Source: Acidimicrobiales bacterium (GTDB lineage Bacteria > Actinomycetota > Acidimicrobiia > Acidimicrobiales > Iamiaceae). From it: 64,000 nucleotides of DNA. Below the pieces are notes generated by a model. It had not been told where the DNA came from and made no database searches. It saw only the letters and a list, made by a program, of their open reading frames with translations. The stretch lies in assembly GCA_035630295.1 (NCBI GenBank), contig DASQKY010000030.1:1426-65425 (forward strand), given 5' to 3'. Shown in pieces: positions 55,187-64,000 of the stretch (position 1 is the stretch's first letter; each line of letters opens with the position of its first letter). Position numbers and translations under genes: made by a program.

Positions 55187-56365
55187 ATGGAGAGACCGCA
55201 GGTGAGCAGCGCACACGCCCTCGAGCGCGAGCCCGACGAACGGGTCAACTGGGTCGCCTCGATCCCCATGTTCGCCGTCCACGGGCTGTGCCTCCTGGCC
55301 CTCGTCACCGGGATCACCTGGCAGTCGCTCGTCCTGTGCGCCGTCCTCTACGCCGGGCGCATGTGGTTCATCACCGCCGGCTTCCACCGCTACTTCTCGC
55401 ACCGCAGCTACAAGACCAGCCGGGCCTTCCAGTTCGTCCTGGCCTTCGGCGGTGGCAGCGCGGCCCAGAAGGGCGCCCTGTGGTGGGCCAGCCACCACCG
55501 CGACCACCACCGCTTCAGCGACACCGAGCGTGACGTGCACTCGCCCCTCAAGGGCTTCTGGTGGAGCCACATGGGGTGGATCCTGTGCGACCGCTACAAG
55601 GGCTGGGACCCGGACTCCATCAAGGACTTCGCCAAGTTCCCGGAGCTGCGCTTCCTCACCAAGCACGACTGGATCCCGCCTTGGACCGTGGCCGTGGCCT
55701 GCTACTTCATCGCCGGCTGGTCGGGCGTGGTGGTGGGGTTCGTGTGGTCCACGGTGCTGTTGTGGCACGGCACCTTCACCGTCAACTCCCTGGCCCACGT
55801 GATGGGCCGCCGCCGCTACGCCACCACCGACACCAGCCGCAACTCGGCCCTCATCGCCCTGTGGACCGGTGGCGAGGGCTGGCACAACAACCACCACCAC
55901 CACCAGGCCGCGGCCCGCAACGGCTTCTTCTGGTGGGAGTACGACCCCACGTACTACGGCCTGAAGGCGCTGTCCTGGCTCCGCGTCGTGCGCGGCCTGC
56001 GGACCCCGCCGGCCCGGGCCCTCCAGAGCTCCCGGGTGCGCGACGGCTCGTTCGACATGGGCATGTTCAAGGCCCACTGGGGCAAGGCCACCGCCGCCCT
56101 GACCGCCCACGTGCGCCGGTCCGGGGCCGCCGCCCCCGAGGTCGAGGCCGAGCTGGCCCGGGCTCGCGAGCTGGCCACCGCGGCCACCGCCCCCGACCCG
56201 GTCGAGGAGGAGCTGGGGGCCGCGGCCACCCGGCGGGAGTCGATCGAGGAGAAGATGCACGCCAGCCGGGACGCCCTGGAGGACAGCGTGCGCTCGGCCC
56301 TGCGGTCGGCCGAGGAGCTGGCCCAGCTCTCCCGCCGCCAGCGGGCCGTCGCCCCGTCCGACTGA
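55187..56365 (+). CDS. Delta-9-type membrane fatty-acid desaturase with C-terminal coiled-coil extension
   Basis: His boxes HRYFSH, HHRDHH, HNNHH; TVNSLAH..G; GEGWH. Confidence 0.92.
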   Translation: MERPQVSSAHALEREPDERVNWVASIPMFAVHGLCLLALVTGITWQSLVLCAVLYAGRMWFITAGFHRYFSHRSYKTSRAFQFVLAFGGGSAAQKGALWWASHHRDHHRFSDTERDVHSPLKGFWWSHMGWILCDRYKGWDPDSIKDFAKFPELRFLTKHDWIPPWTVAVACYFIAGWSGVVVGFVWSTVLLWHGTFTVNSLAHVMGRRRYATTDTSRNSALIALWTGGEGWHNNHHHHQAAARNGFFWWEYDPTYYGLKALSWLRVVRGLRTPPARALQSSRVRDGSFDMGMFKAHWGKATAALTAHVRRSGAAAPEVEAELARARELATAATAPDPVEEELGAAATRRESIEEKMHASRDALEDSVRSALRSAEELAQLSRRQRAVAPSD

Positions 56366-56381
56366 GGAGGCGCTGGCGCGC

Positions 56382-56861
56382 CTACTTCAGGCCGTCGTTC
56401 AACTTGTCGAGGGCTTCGTCCTCGGTGACGTCGAGGGCGAAGCTGAGCTCGGAGACGAGGATGCCCCGGGCCCGCTCCAGCATCGACTTCTCGGCCGTGG
56501 AGAGGCCCTTGCCCGCCTCCCGCAGGGCCAGGTTCCGGACCACCTCGGCCACCTGGTAGACGTCACCGGACTTCATCTTCTCCTGGTGGTTCTTGAACCG
56601 CCGGCTCCAGTTGGCCGGCTCCCGCACGTCGCGCTTGCCGATGAGGCGGAACAGGTCCTCCACGTCGGAGCGGCTGATGGGCGGGCGCATGCCCACCTCC
56701 TCGGCCTTGTCGACCGGGACCCGGAGGGTGAGCTCCCCGTGCACCATCTGGAGGACGAGGTACTCCTTCTTCTCGCCGAAGGCCTCGATCTTCTCCTTCT
56801 TCTTGACCACCGCGGCACCGTGGTGCGGGTAGACGACGCGGTCACCGACCTTGAAGGTCAC
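56382..56861 (-). CDS. carD: CarD/CdnL family RNA-polymerase-binding regulator
   Basis: FKVGDRVVYPHHGAA, L.VP......G.R, NWSRRFK, SGD....AEVVRNL, LS.AEK.ML..AR..L.SE. Confidence 0.92.
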   Translation of the reverse strand: MTFKVGDRVVYPHHGAAVVKKKEKIEAFGEKKEYLVLQMVHGELTLRVPVDKAEEVGMRPPISRSDVEDLFRLIGKRDVREPANWSRRFKNHQEKMKSGDVYQVAEVVRNLALREAGKGLSTAEKSMLERARGILVSELSFALDVTEDEALDKLNDGLK

Positions 56862-57028
56862 GCTGGGGGGCTCCTGGGGATGGAGGGGCGAGAGCGGACG
56901 CCGACCGGGCCGGCATGCAGTCGACCATTGTGCCACCCCAGCGGCCCCGGACCTCACCCGACCCGGACCGGCCGGGGGGCGGTGGCGCCGGTTCGGGCCC
57001 CGACCGGTGCCCCGGTAGCGTGCCATCG

Positions 57029-58216
57029 ATGACCGACGCCGCCCTCCTCCGGGCCGACAGTCTGCTCCGGGCCGGCGACGCGGCCGGCGCCCGGGCCGCC
57101 GTCGAAGCCCTGCTCGCCAGCGACCGGGCCCCCGCCGCGGCCCGGGCCCGGGCGCTGCTGCTGCGAGCCCGGGCCCAGCACCACCTGGGCGACATGGCCG
57201 CCACCCGGGCCGACGTCGACGCCGCGGTGGCCGCCGCCGAGGAGGCCGGCGACCCGGCGGCGCAGGCCTCGGCCCTGGCCTCGCGGGCCGAGCTCCACCT
57301 CCACGCCGACGACCCGGCCGCCGCGGTGGCCGACCTCGACCGGGCCGTGGCCCTCCTGCCCGAGCCGGGCTCGACCGGCGCCGCCCTGCTGCACGTCCGG
57401 GCCACGGCCCGGGCCCGGCTCGACGACCGGGCCGGGGCCCTGGCCGACCTCGACGCCGTGCTCACCCTCCTCGACCCGGCCGAGGGCACCGAACGGGCCC
57501 ACGCCCACCAGAGCCGGGCCGGGCTGCGCCTCGTGTGCGGCGACCTGGCCGGGGCGGGCCGCGACCTCGACGCCGCCCAGGACCTCCACACGCTCCCCCA
57601 CCCGGGGTGCGAGGGGGCCCGGTACCACCTCGGCGGCCGGCTGCGCCTGCTGCTGGGCGACCTCGACGGGGCGGCGGCCGACCTCGTCCACGCCCACCGT
57701 CGAGCCCAGGAGGCCGGCGACCGGGCCGGGCAGGCGGCCGTGGCCCGCACCACGGCCGAGGTCGGCCTGGCCCGCAACGACATGGTGACGGCCCGGCGCC
57801 AGGTCGACGCGGCGGTGGCCCTCCTCGACCACCTGGGTGACGGCGACGGGGCCGCCGACGCCCGCCGGACCCGAGCCCAGGTCCGCCTGCGCACCGGCGA
57901 CCTGGCCGGCGCGGCCGCCGACCTGGACGCCGTGCTGGGCCGGGTGGCGGGCCGGGACGGCGCGCGCCGGGCTGCGGCCCTGCAGACCCGGGCCGAGGTG
58001 CACGTGCGGGGCGGCCACCTGCTGGAGGCGGCGGCCGACGTCGAGGCCGCGCTGGCCCACCACCGGGCCGCCGGCGACCGGGTCGAGGAGGTCCGGGACC
58101 TCCGCATCCGGGCCTCGCTGCGCGCCATCCGGGGCGACGAGGCCGGCGCGGCCGAGGATCGCCGCCGGGCCGACACCGCCGAGGCCGAGCTGCGGGCCCC
58201 CTTCGCCCCGGGCTAG
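57029..58216 (+). CDS. Tetratricopeptide-like repeat protein (about 9 repeats, no other domain seen)
   Basis: Recurring RA.....GD..(G/A)A.AD(L/V)D.A(V/L) units at roughly 38-40 aa spacing. Confidence 0.75.
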   Translation: MTDAALLRADSLLRAGDAAGARAAVEALLASDRAPAAARARALLLRARAQHHLGDMAATRADVDAAVAAAEEAGDPAAQASALASRAELHLHADDPAAAVADLDRAVALLPEPGSTGAALLHVRATARARLDDRAGALADLDAVLTLLDPAEGTERAHAHQSRAGLRLVCGDLAGAGRDLDAAQDLHTLPHPGCEGARYHLGGRLRLLLGDLDGAAADLVHAHRRAQEAGDRAGQAAVARTTAEVGLARNDMVTARRQVDAAVALLDHLGDGDGAADARRTRAQVRLRTGDLAGAAADLDAVLGRVAGRDGARRAAALQTRAEVHVRGGHLLEAAADVEAALAHHRAAGDRVEEVRDLRIRASLRAIRGDEAGAAEDRRRADTAEAELRAPFAPG

Positions 58217-58222
58217 GTCCAG

Positions 58223-58645
58223 CTAAGCCGCGGGCTCGGCGGTGGGCAGGTGGCGCCCGTCGGGCAGGGGTTCCCACCCCACCACCACCCGATCGCCCAC
58301 GGCCACGGCCCACGGGTCCGTGGGCCCGTGGACCTGGAGCAGCATGCGCACCCCCTCGTCCAGGGCCACCAGGGCCACGGCGTAGGGGGCCCGGCCGGCC
58401 AGGCCCGGGTGGGCGGCCTGGGGCTGCACCGACACGGCGTGGACCTCGCCGGCGCCCGGCGAGGGACGCCACTCCAGATCCTCGCCCAGGCAACGGGGGC
58501 AGAAGCCCCGCGGGTACCAGTGGGGGGCCTCGCAGGCTCGGCACCAGGGCAGGACCAGGCGCCGGTCGCGGCTGGCGGCCCAGAACGGGGCGCCGGCCGG
58601 CGACTCGGGAGGCAGCGGCCGCTCCGGGCCCGGTTCGGCGCTCAC
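58223..58645 (-). CDS. DUF35 Zn-ribbon/OB-fold protein
   Basis: GTGA overlap with the thiolase. PFW.A.....L....C..C....WYPR..CP.C, G.G.V, PY.VALV.L.EG.RM. Confidence 0.9.
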   Translation of the reverse strand: MSAEPGPERPLPPESPAGAPFWAASRDRRLVLPWCRACEAPHWYPRGFCPRCLGEDLEWRPSPGAGEVHAVSVQPQAAHPGLAGRAPYAVALVALDEGVRMLLQVHGPTDPWAVAVGDRVVVGWEPLPDGRHLPTAEPAA

Positions 58646-59829
58646 AGGGTGGCCTCCGTGCCCAGCACCACGGTCGAGAGGGCCGACAGCACGCCCCCGC
58701 TGCCGTGGGCCAGGGCCACCTCGGCCCCGGGCACCTGGCGGTCGCCGGCCTCGCCCCGGAGCTGCCGCACCGCCTCGACCAACAGGAAGATGCCGTACTG
58801 GCCGGGGTGGGTGTAGGCCAGGCCGCCGCCGTTGGTGTTGGCCGGCAGGGCGCCGCCGGGCCGCAGCGGGCCGTCGGCCACGAACGGCCCGCCCTCGCCC
58901 TTGGGGCAGAAGCCCAGGTCCTCCAGGGCCAGGAGCACGGTGATGGTGAAGCTGTCGTACAGCTCGACCACGTCCACGTCCTCGGGCCCCAGGCCGGCCA
59001 CCGCGAAGGCGTCCCGGCCCGAGGTCACGCCGCCGGTCTCGGTCAGGTCCGGCATCTGGCTGATCAGGGCGTGGGTGTGGCAGGTGCCGGCCCCCAGCAC
59101 CGCCACCGGCGGGCGGCGCAGGTGGCGGGCCCGGGCCGTGCTGGTGAGGACCACGGCCCCGGCCCCGTCGGTGACCAGGCAGCAGTCCAGGGTGTGCAGG
59201 GGCGAGGCGGCCACCGGCGAGGCCAGCACGTCGTCCATGGTGACGGGCTGCTGCAGCCGGGCCCGGGGGTTGCCGGTGGCCCACTCCCGGGTCTGCACCG
59301 CGATCTGGGCCAGCTGCTCGGAGCTGGTGCCGTAGAGGTGCATGTGGCGGCTGGCGGCCAGGGCGTAGGCCCCCATGGGCATGCGCAGGCCGTGGGGCAC
59401 CTCCCACTCGCCGCTGGGGGTGGCGCCTCCGGCCGCGGCCCGGCTGCGCCAGCCGCCCCGGCCCGCCTTGTGGTCGGAGCGGGGCGTGGCCGCGTAGGCC
59501 ACCACCACCACCTCGCACAGGCCGAGGGCGATGGCCGCCGCCGCGTGCTGCACGTGGATCTCGAAGCTGGACCCCCCGGCCTGGGTGGAGTCGGTCCAGC
59601 GGGGGCTGATGCCCAGCCGCTCGGCCAGCTCCAGGCTGGCCGCCCACCCCACCGCGTTGTTGGTGCAGATGCCGTCCACGTCGGCCACGGCGAGGCCGGC
59701 GTCGTCCAGGGCCTCCCGGATCATCCGGGCCTCCAGCTGGGCCACGGTGCCGGGGAGCATGCCGGTCGGGTCGGCGGCGTCGGCCACCCCCACCACGGCG
59801 GCGGCGCCCCGAAGCGGGTGGGCGGGCAC
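58642..59829 (-). CDS. Thiolase-like protein (SCP-x/Ltp2-type; N-terminal catalytic Cys replaced by GGSS)
   Basis: AAVVGV, GGSSF, CCLVTDGAGAVV, ELYDSFT, GFC.KGEG, NTNGGGL.YTHPG, HG.GG. Confidence 0.88.
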   Translation of the reverse strand: MPAHPLRGAAAVVGVADAADPTGMLPGTVAQLEARMIREALDDAGLAVADVDGICTNNAVGWAASLELAERLGISPRWTDSTQAGGSSFEIHVQHAAAAIALGLCEVVVVAYAATPRSDHKAGRGGWRSRAAAGGATPSGEWEVPHGLRMPMGAYALAASRHMHLYGTSSEQLAQIAVQTREWATGNPRARLQQPVTMDDVLASPVAASPLHTLDCCLVTDGAGAVVLTSTARARHLRRPPVAVLGAGTCHTHALISQMPDLTETGGVTSGRDAFAVAGLGPEDVDVVELYDSFTITVLLALEDLGFCPKGEGGPFVADGPLRPGGALPANTNGGGLAYTHPGQYGIFLLVEAVRQLRGEAGDRQVPGAEVALAHGSGGVLSALSTVVLGTEATL

Positions 59830-59901
59830 GCCCCGATCCTGCCACGGATGTCACTTGCAGGACGCGTGCAAGTTTCTCGGGGCGGGCGTACGCTCCGGCC
59901 C

Positions 59902-61194
59902 ATGGTCGATGCCCAGGCCCCCACCACCCTGCCCCCGTTGGGGCCGGCCGACGTCGCCACCCCGGGAGGGGACGGCCCGCTGGAGTCGGGGCTGAACCCC
60001 TTCGCCCCCGGGTTCTACGCCGACCCCTACGTCCAGTACCGGCACCTGCGGGAGACCGACCCGGTGCACCACTCCGCCCTGGGCCTGTGGTTCCTGTCCC
60101 GGTGGGAGGACTGCCACCACATCCTGCGCCTGCCCGGCACCAGCGTGGACGAGTCCAACGCCACCCTCCAGCAGCGGGCCGTGGCGCTGGAGGCGGCCAA
60201 CGTCGACATCGGGGCCCGCCGCAGCCGCTCCATCCTGGGCACCGACCCGCCCGACCACACCCGGATCCGGCGCCTGGTGTCCAAGGCCTTCACCCCCCGC
60301 ACCGTGGCCCGGCGCGAGGCCCGCATCACCGACCAGGTCGATGCCCTGCTCGACGCGGCCGTGGCCCACGGCGGCCCGGTCGACCTCATCGCCGAGCTGG
60401 CCTTCCCCCTCCCCTTCCAGGTGATCCACGAGATGCTGGGCATGCCCGACAGCATCGAGACGAGCCGGTTGCGCACCCTGTCCCAGACCGTGACCCAGGT
60501 GCTGGACCCGGTGCTGGCCATGGCCCACACCGCCGAGATCGTGGCCGCCGCCGACGAGCTGGGGCGCGTGGTGGCCGACGCCGTGGCCTGGAAGCGCGAC
60601 CATCGGGGCGACGACCTGCTCACCGCCCTCATCGAGGCCGAGGACGAGGGTCACCACCTGAGCGACGAGGAGCTGCAGGACAACGTCACCCTCCTGTACC
60701 TGGCCGGCCACGAGACCACCGTCAACCTGATCGGCAACGGCACCCTGGCCCTGCTCCGGCACCCCGACCAGGCCGCCCGCCTCCGGGCCGACCCGGCCCT
60801 GGACACCGGGGCCGTCGAGGAGCTGCTCCGCTACGACAGCCCGGTGCAGTTCTCCCGGCGCATCGCCCTGGAGCCGATCACCCTGGGGGACCACACCGTC
60901 GAGCCCGGCGAGATCGTGCTGACCGGCCTGGGGGCGGCCAACCGCGACCCGGCCAAGTTCGGGCCCACCGCCGAGGAGCTCGACCTGGCCCGGCCCGACG
61001 CCAGCCACCACATCTCCTTCGGCAGCGGCGTCCACCACTGCCTGGGGGCGGCGTTGGCCCGCCTGGAGGGCCGCCTGGCCATCCCCCGGCTGCTGCGCCG
61101 CTTCCCCGACCTGGCCCTGGCCACCGACGAGGTGGAGTGGAACGGCCGGATGGTCCTGCGGGGCCTGGCCGCCCTGCCCGTCACCCTGGGCTGA
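59902..61194 (+). CDS. Cytochrome P450
   Basis: DPPDHTRIRRLV...FTPR, AGHETT, EELLR (ExxR), AANRDP, FGSGVHHCLG heme motif. Confidence 0.96.
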   Translation: MVDAQAPTTLPPLGPADVATPGGDGPLESGLNPFAPGFYADPYVQYRHLRETDPVHHSALGLWFLSRWEDCHHILRLPGTSVDESNATLQQRAVALEAANVDIGARRSRSILGTDPPDHTRIRRLVSKAFTPRTVARREARITDQVDALLDAAVAHGGPVDLIAELAFPLPFQVIHEMLGMPDSIETSRLRTLSQTVTQVLDPVLAMAHTAEIVAAADELGRVVADAVAWKRDHRGDDLLTALIEAEDEGHHLSDEELQDNVTLLYLAGHETTVNLIGNGTLALLRHPDQAARLRADPALDTGAVEELLRYDSPVQFSRRIALEPITLGDHTVEPGEIVLTGLGAANRDPAKFGPTAEELDLARPDASHHISFGSGVHHCLGAALARLEGRLAIPRLLRRFPDLALATDEVEWNGRMVLRGLAALPVTLG

Positions 61195-61195
61195 G

Positions 61196-61218
61196 GCGGG
61201 CCGGCGGGCCCGGCCCGC
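61196..61218. terminator. GC-rich hairpin between convergent P450 and ftsX
   Basis: gcgggccgg-cgggc-ccggcccgc, a 9-bp perfect stem; no U-tract. Confidence 0.5.
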
Positions 61219-61235
61219 GGCCCGGGCCCCGCCGC

Positions 61236-62132
61236 TCAGACGTCGAGGAAGCGGCCCACGGCCAGGCCGGCCCCGAGGGCACCGATGATCACGCCGGCCA
61301 CGCCGACCTTGACCGATGCCCACAGCACGGTGGCCATGGTGAAGTCGAAGGCGGTGAAGATCTGGAAGTAGTCGCCGTCGGACAGGGCGCCGAAGAGCAC
61401 GGTGTTGGCCGCCATCATGAACAGCAGGGCCAGGAGGCCGCCGAGCACGGCCTGGACCAGCCCCTCCAGGATGAACGGCACCCGGATGAACCAGTTGGTG
61501 GCCCCCACCAGCTTCATCACCTCGATCTCCCGCCGGCGGGCGAACATGGCCGTGCGGAGGGTATTGTAGATCAGCAGGATGGCGATGAGGCCCAGCACCA
61601 GCGACGAGGCGAAGACGCCCCGGATGAGCTTCTCGCTCAGGTCCTGGATGGCCTTGATGGCCTCGGTGGCGCTCTCCACCTCCCGCACCCCGGGCTCGCC
61701 CTCGTAGACGTCCCGCAGCGAGTTCACCGACTGGACGTCCGGGTTGGTGGGCGTGATCCGGAACGAGGGGGGGACGTCCGCCTCCCGCAGGAGCTGCTGG
61801 GTGGTGGGCTGGTCCTCGAACAGCTCGCGGGCCTCCTCGAAGGCCTGCTGCTGGTTCACGTAGTGGAAGTCCTGGACCTCGGGGTTGTCGTCCAGGGAGG
61901 CGGCCAGCGCCTCGCGCTGGGCGGTGGAGATGTCCGGGTCGAGGAAGACGATGAGCTCGATGTCGCCCCGGAAGTTGCCGGCCAGCTTGTCGACCCCCTC
62001 CTGGACCAGGAGGAACACCCCGGCCAGGGTGAGCGACACGGCGACCGTGATGACGGAGGCCACCGTGAGCGTGGGGTTGCGCCCCAGGTTCTTCGTGGTC
62101 TCGCGGGTGACGTAGCTGACGTTGAGGGCCAT
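61236..62132 (-). CDS. ftsX: Cell-division permease FtsX
   Basis: RN..LT.AS, .VFLD, SF.I, I.NT.R.A.FARR.EI..MKLVGAT.WFIR.PF.LEG. Confidence 0.93.
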   Translation of the reverse strand: MALNVSYVTRETTKNLGRNPTLTVASVITVAVSLTLAGVFLLVQEGVDKLAGNFRGDIELIVFLDPDISTAQREALAASLDDNPEVQDFHYVNQQQAFEEARELFEDQPTTQQLLREADVPPSFRITPTNPDVQSVNSLRDVYEGEPGVREVESATEAIKAIQDLSEKLIRGVFASSLVLGLIAILLIYNTLRTAMFARRREIEVMKLVGATNWFIRVPFILEGLVQAVLGGLLALLFMMAANTVLFGALSDGDYFQIFTAFDFTMATVLWASVKVGVAGVIIGALGAGLAVGRFLDV

Positions 62133-62144
62133 GGGTGCCGGGTC

Positions 62145-62822
<678 letters not shown>

Positions 62823-62970
62823 GCGGTGGAGGCAACCTCGAGGAGGGGGTGGCGGGCGGGAGGGCCCCCGCAGCGGCGGGAGCTCGCCCCTCGACCGACG
62901 GGAAACGTTACCAACGCGTCACGAGCCCGGACGCGCATGGTCGCGTGACCCTTGCCCCACCGCGCCCGGT

Positions 62971-64000
62971 TCAGGCCAGCTCCTCGGCCCGGCGCCAGCG
63001 CAGGTAGGCCTCCATGAACGGCTCCACGTCGCCGTCCAGCACGGCGTCGACCTGGCCGGTCTCGTGCTCGGTGCGGAGGTCCTTGACCATCTGGTACGGC
63101 TGCAGCACGTAGGAGCGGATCTGGCTCCCGAAGCCCACGGAGCGCTGCTCTCCCCGGATGGCGGAGAGCTCCTCCTCCCGCTCCTGGCGGGCCACCTCGG
63201 CCAGCTTGGCCCGCAGCACCTGCATGGCCCGGTCCTTGTTCTGGTGCTGGCTGCGCTCGTTCTGGCAGCTGACCACGATGCCGGTGGACAGGTGGGTGAT
63301 GCGGACCGCCGAGTCGGTGACGTTGACGTGCTGGCCCCCGGCCCCCGACGAGCGGTACACGTCGATGCGGAGGTCCTTGTCGTCGATCTCCACGTCGGGC
63401 ACGTCGTCCAGGAAGGGCGTGACCTTCAGGGCCGCGAAGGCGGTCTGGCGCTTGCCCTGGGCGTTGAACGGGCTCATGCGGACCAGCCGGTGCACGCCGT
63501 GCTCGGCCTTTAGCAGGCCGTAGGCGTGGCGCCCCTTGACCAGGAACAGGGCCGAGGAGATGCCCGCCTCGGAGCCCTCGGACACGTCGTCCAGCTCGGT
63601 GTCGAGGCCCCGCCGCTCGGCCCACCGCAGGTACATGCGCAGCAGCATGTTGGCCCAGTCCTGGGCATCGGCGCCGCCCTCGCCGGACTGGAGCTCGCAG
63701 ATGGCGTCGGCCTCGTCGTGCTCGCCGGTGAACAGGCTGCGCAGCTCCAGGGCGGCCACGTCCGAGCGCACCGCCTCGACGGCCTCGGCGATCTCCGGCT
63801 CCAGCGACTCGTCGCCCTCCTCCCGGGCCATCTCGGCCAGGGTCTCGGCGTCGGAGATGCGGCCCTCCAGGCCCTCGTAGAGCTCGATGTCCTCGATGGC
63901 CGAGGACAGCTCGCCGGTGACGGCCCGGGCCCGGTCCGGCTCGTCCCACAGGTCGGGCCGGCTGGCCTCGGTCTCCAGCTGGGGCCGGCGGTCGCGGAGG
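62971..64000 (-). CDS. prfB: Peptide chain release factor 2, 5' end outside window
   Basis: GGQ motif (GAGGQHVN), SPF tripeptide (RMSPFN), GVHRLVR, FGSQIRSYVL.PY.MVKD. The frame stays open to the window edge (..PDLWDEPDRA..). Confidence 0.96.
   Translation of the reverse strand, partial: LRDRRPQLETEASRPDLWDEPDRARAVTGELSSAIEDIELYEGLEGRISDAETLAEMAREEGDESLEPEIAEAVEAVRSDVAALELRSLFTGEHDEADAICELQSGEGGADAQDWANMLLRMYLRWAERRGLDTELDDVSEGSEAGISSALFLVKGRHAYGLLKAEHGVHRLVRMSPFNAQGKRQTAFAALKVTPFLDDVPDVEIDDKDLRIDVYRSSGAGGQHVNVTDSAVRITHLSTGIVVSCQNERSQHQNKDRAMQVLRAKLAEVARQEREEELSAIRGEQRSVGFGSQIRSYVLQPYQMVKDLRTEHETGQVDAVLDGDVEPFMEAYLRWRRAEELA

Noticed and set aside
63831-64000. prfB programmed +1 frameshift
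   Set aside because: The frame is open to the window edge and the region where the CTT-TGA shift site would lie is outside the window, so it cannot be assessed.

Overview
High-GC actinobacterial chromosome segment. Gene content suggests Acidimicrobiia (Iamia-like); this is inference, no search was run. (1) About 1-19.3 kb is an accessory general-stress/dormancy island. It holds DUF421, a GT2, two ferritin-like proteins, a ligase-less LigD (PE+POL), a DUF3618/holin-like/ElaB-like trio with LEA-like 11-mer repeats, DUF72, a Zn-ADH, an FAD-Rieske oxidoreductase, several small acidic proteins, two STAS proteins, an orphan PAS protein and two SigB/SigF-type sigma factors. At least 11 of its transcription units are preceded by a (G/C)GTT(T/G/C)-N14-16-GGG(C/G)(A/G)(G/A)-type motif. 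An AT-richer two-gene cassette (DUF3050 heme-oxygenase-like diiron oxidase + MddA/ICMT-like membrane methyltransferase) sits inside it. (2) 19.5-28.5 kb: secreted DUF4185+DUF4214 protein, two small membrane proteins carrying three copies of a DD-x13-E-x11-LDxV module, larE/larB/larC (no larA in the window) interrupted by a GlxA regulator + DJ-1/InhA pair, an RNA m5U methyltransferase and an atypical tRNA-Leu(UAG). (3) 28.6-40.3 kb: housekeeping genes clpP, rpe, rdgB, rph, murI, cysM, mec-like JAMM, smpB and ssrA, followed by a MazEF islet. (4) 40.3-64 kb: transglutaminase-like gene, a wHTH protein, mrpA'CDEFG, a three-gene ABC system whose two ATPase domains are fused to an MFS transporter, desaturase, carD, TPR protein, DUF35/thiolase-like/P450, ftsX, ftsE and prfB (truncated by the window edge). 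No CRISPR array, integrase or transposase was recognised. All family calls come from remembered motifs, not database hits.
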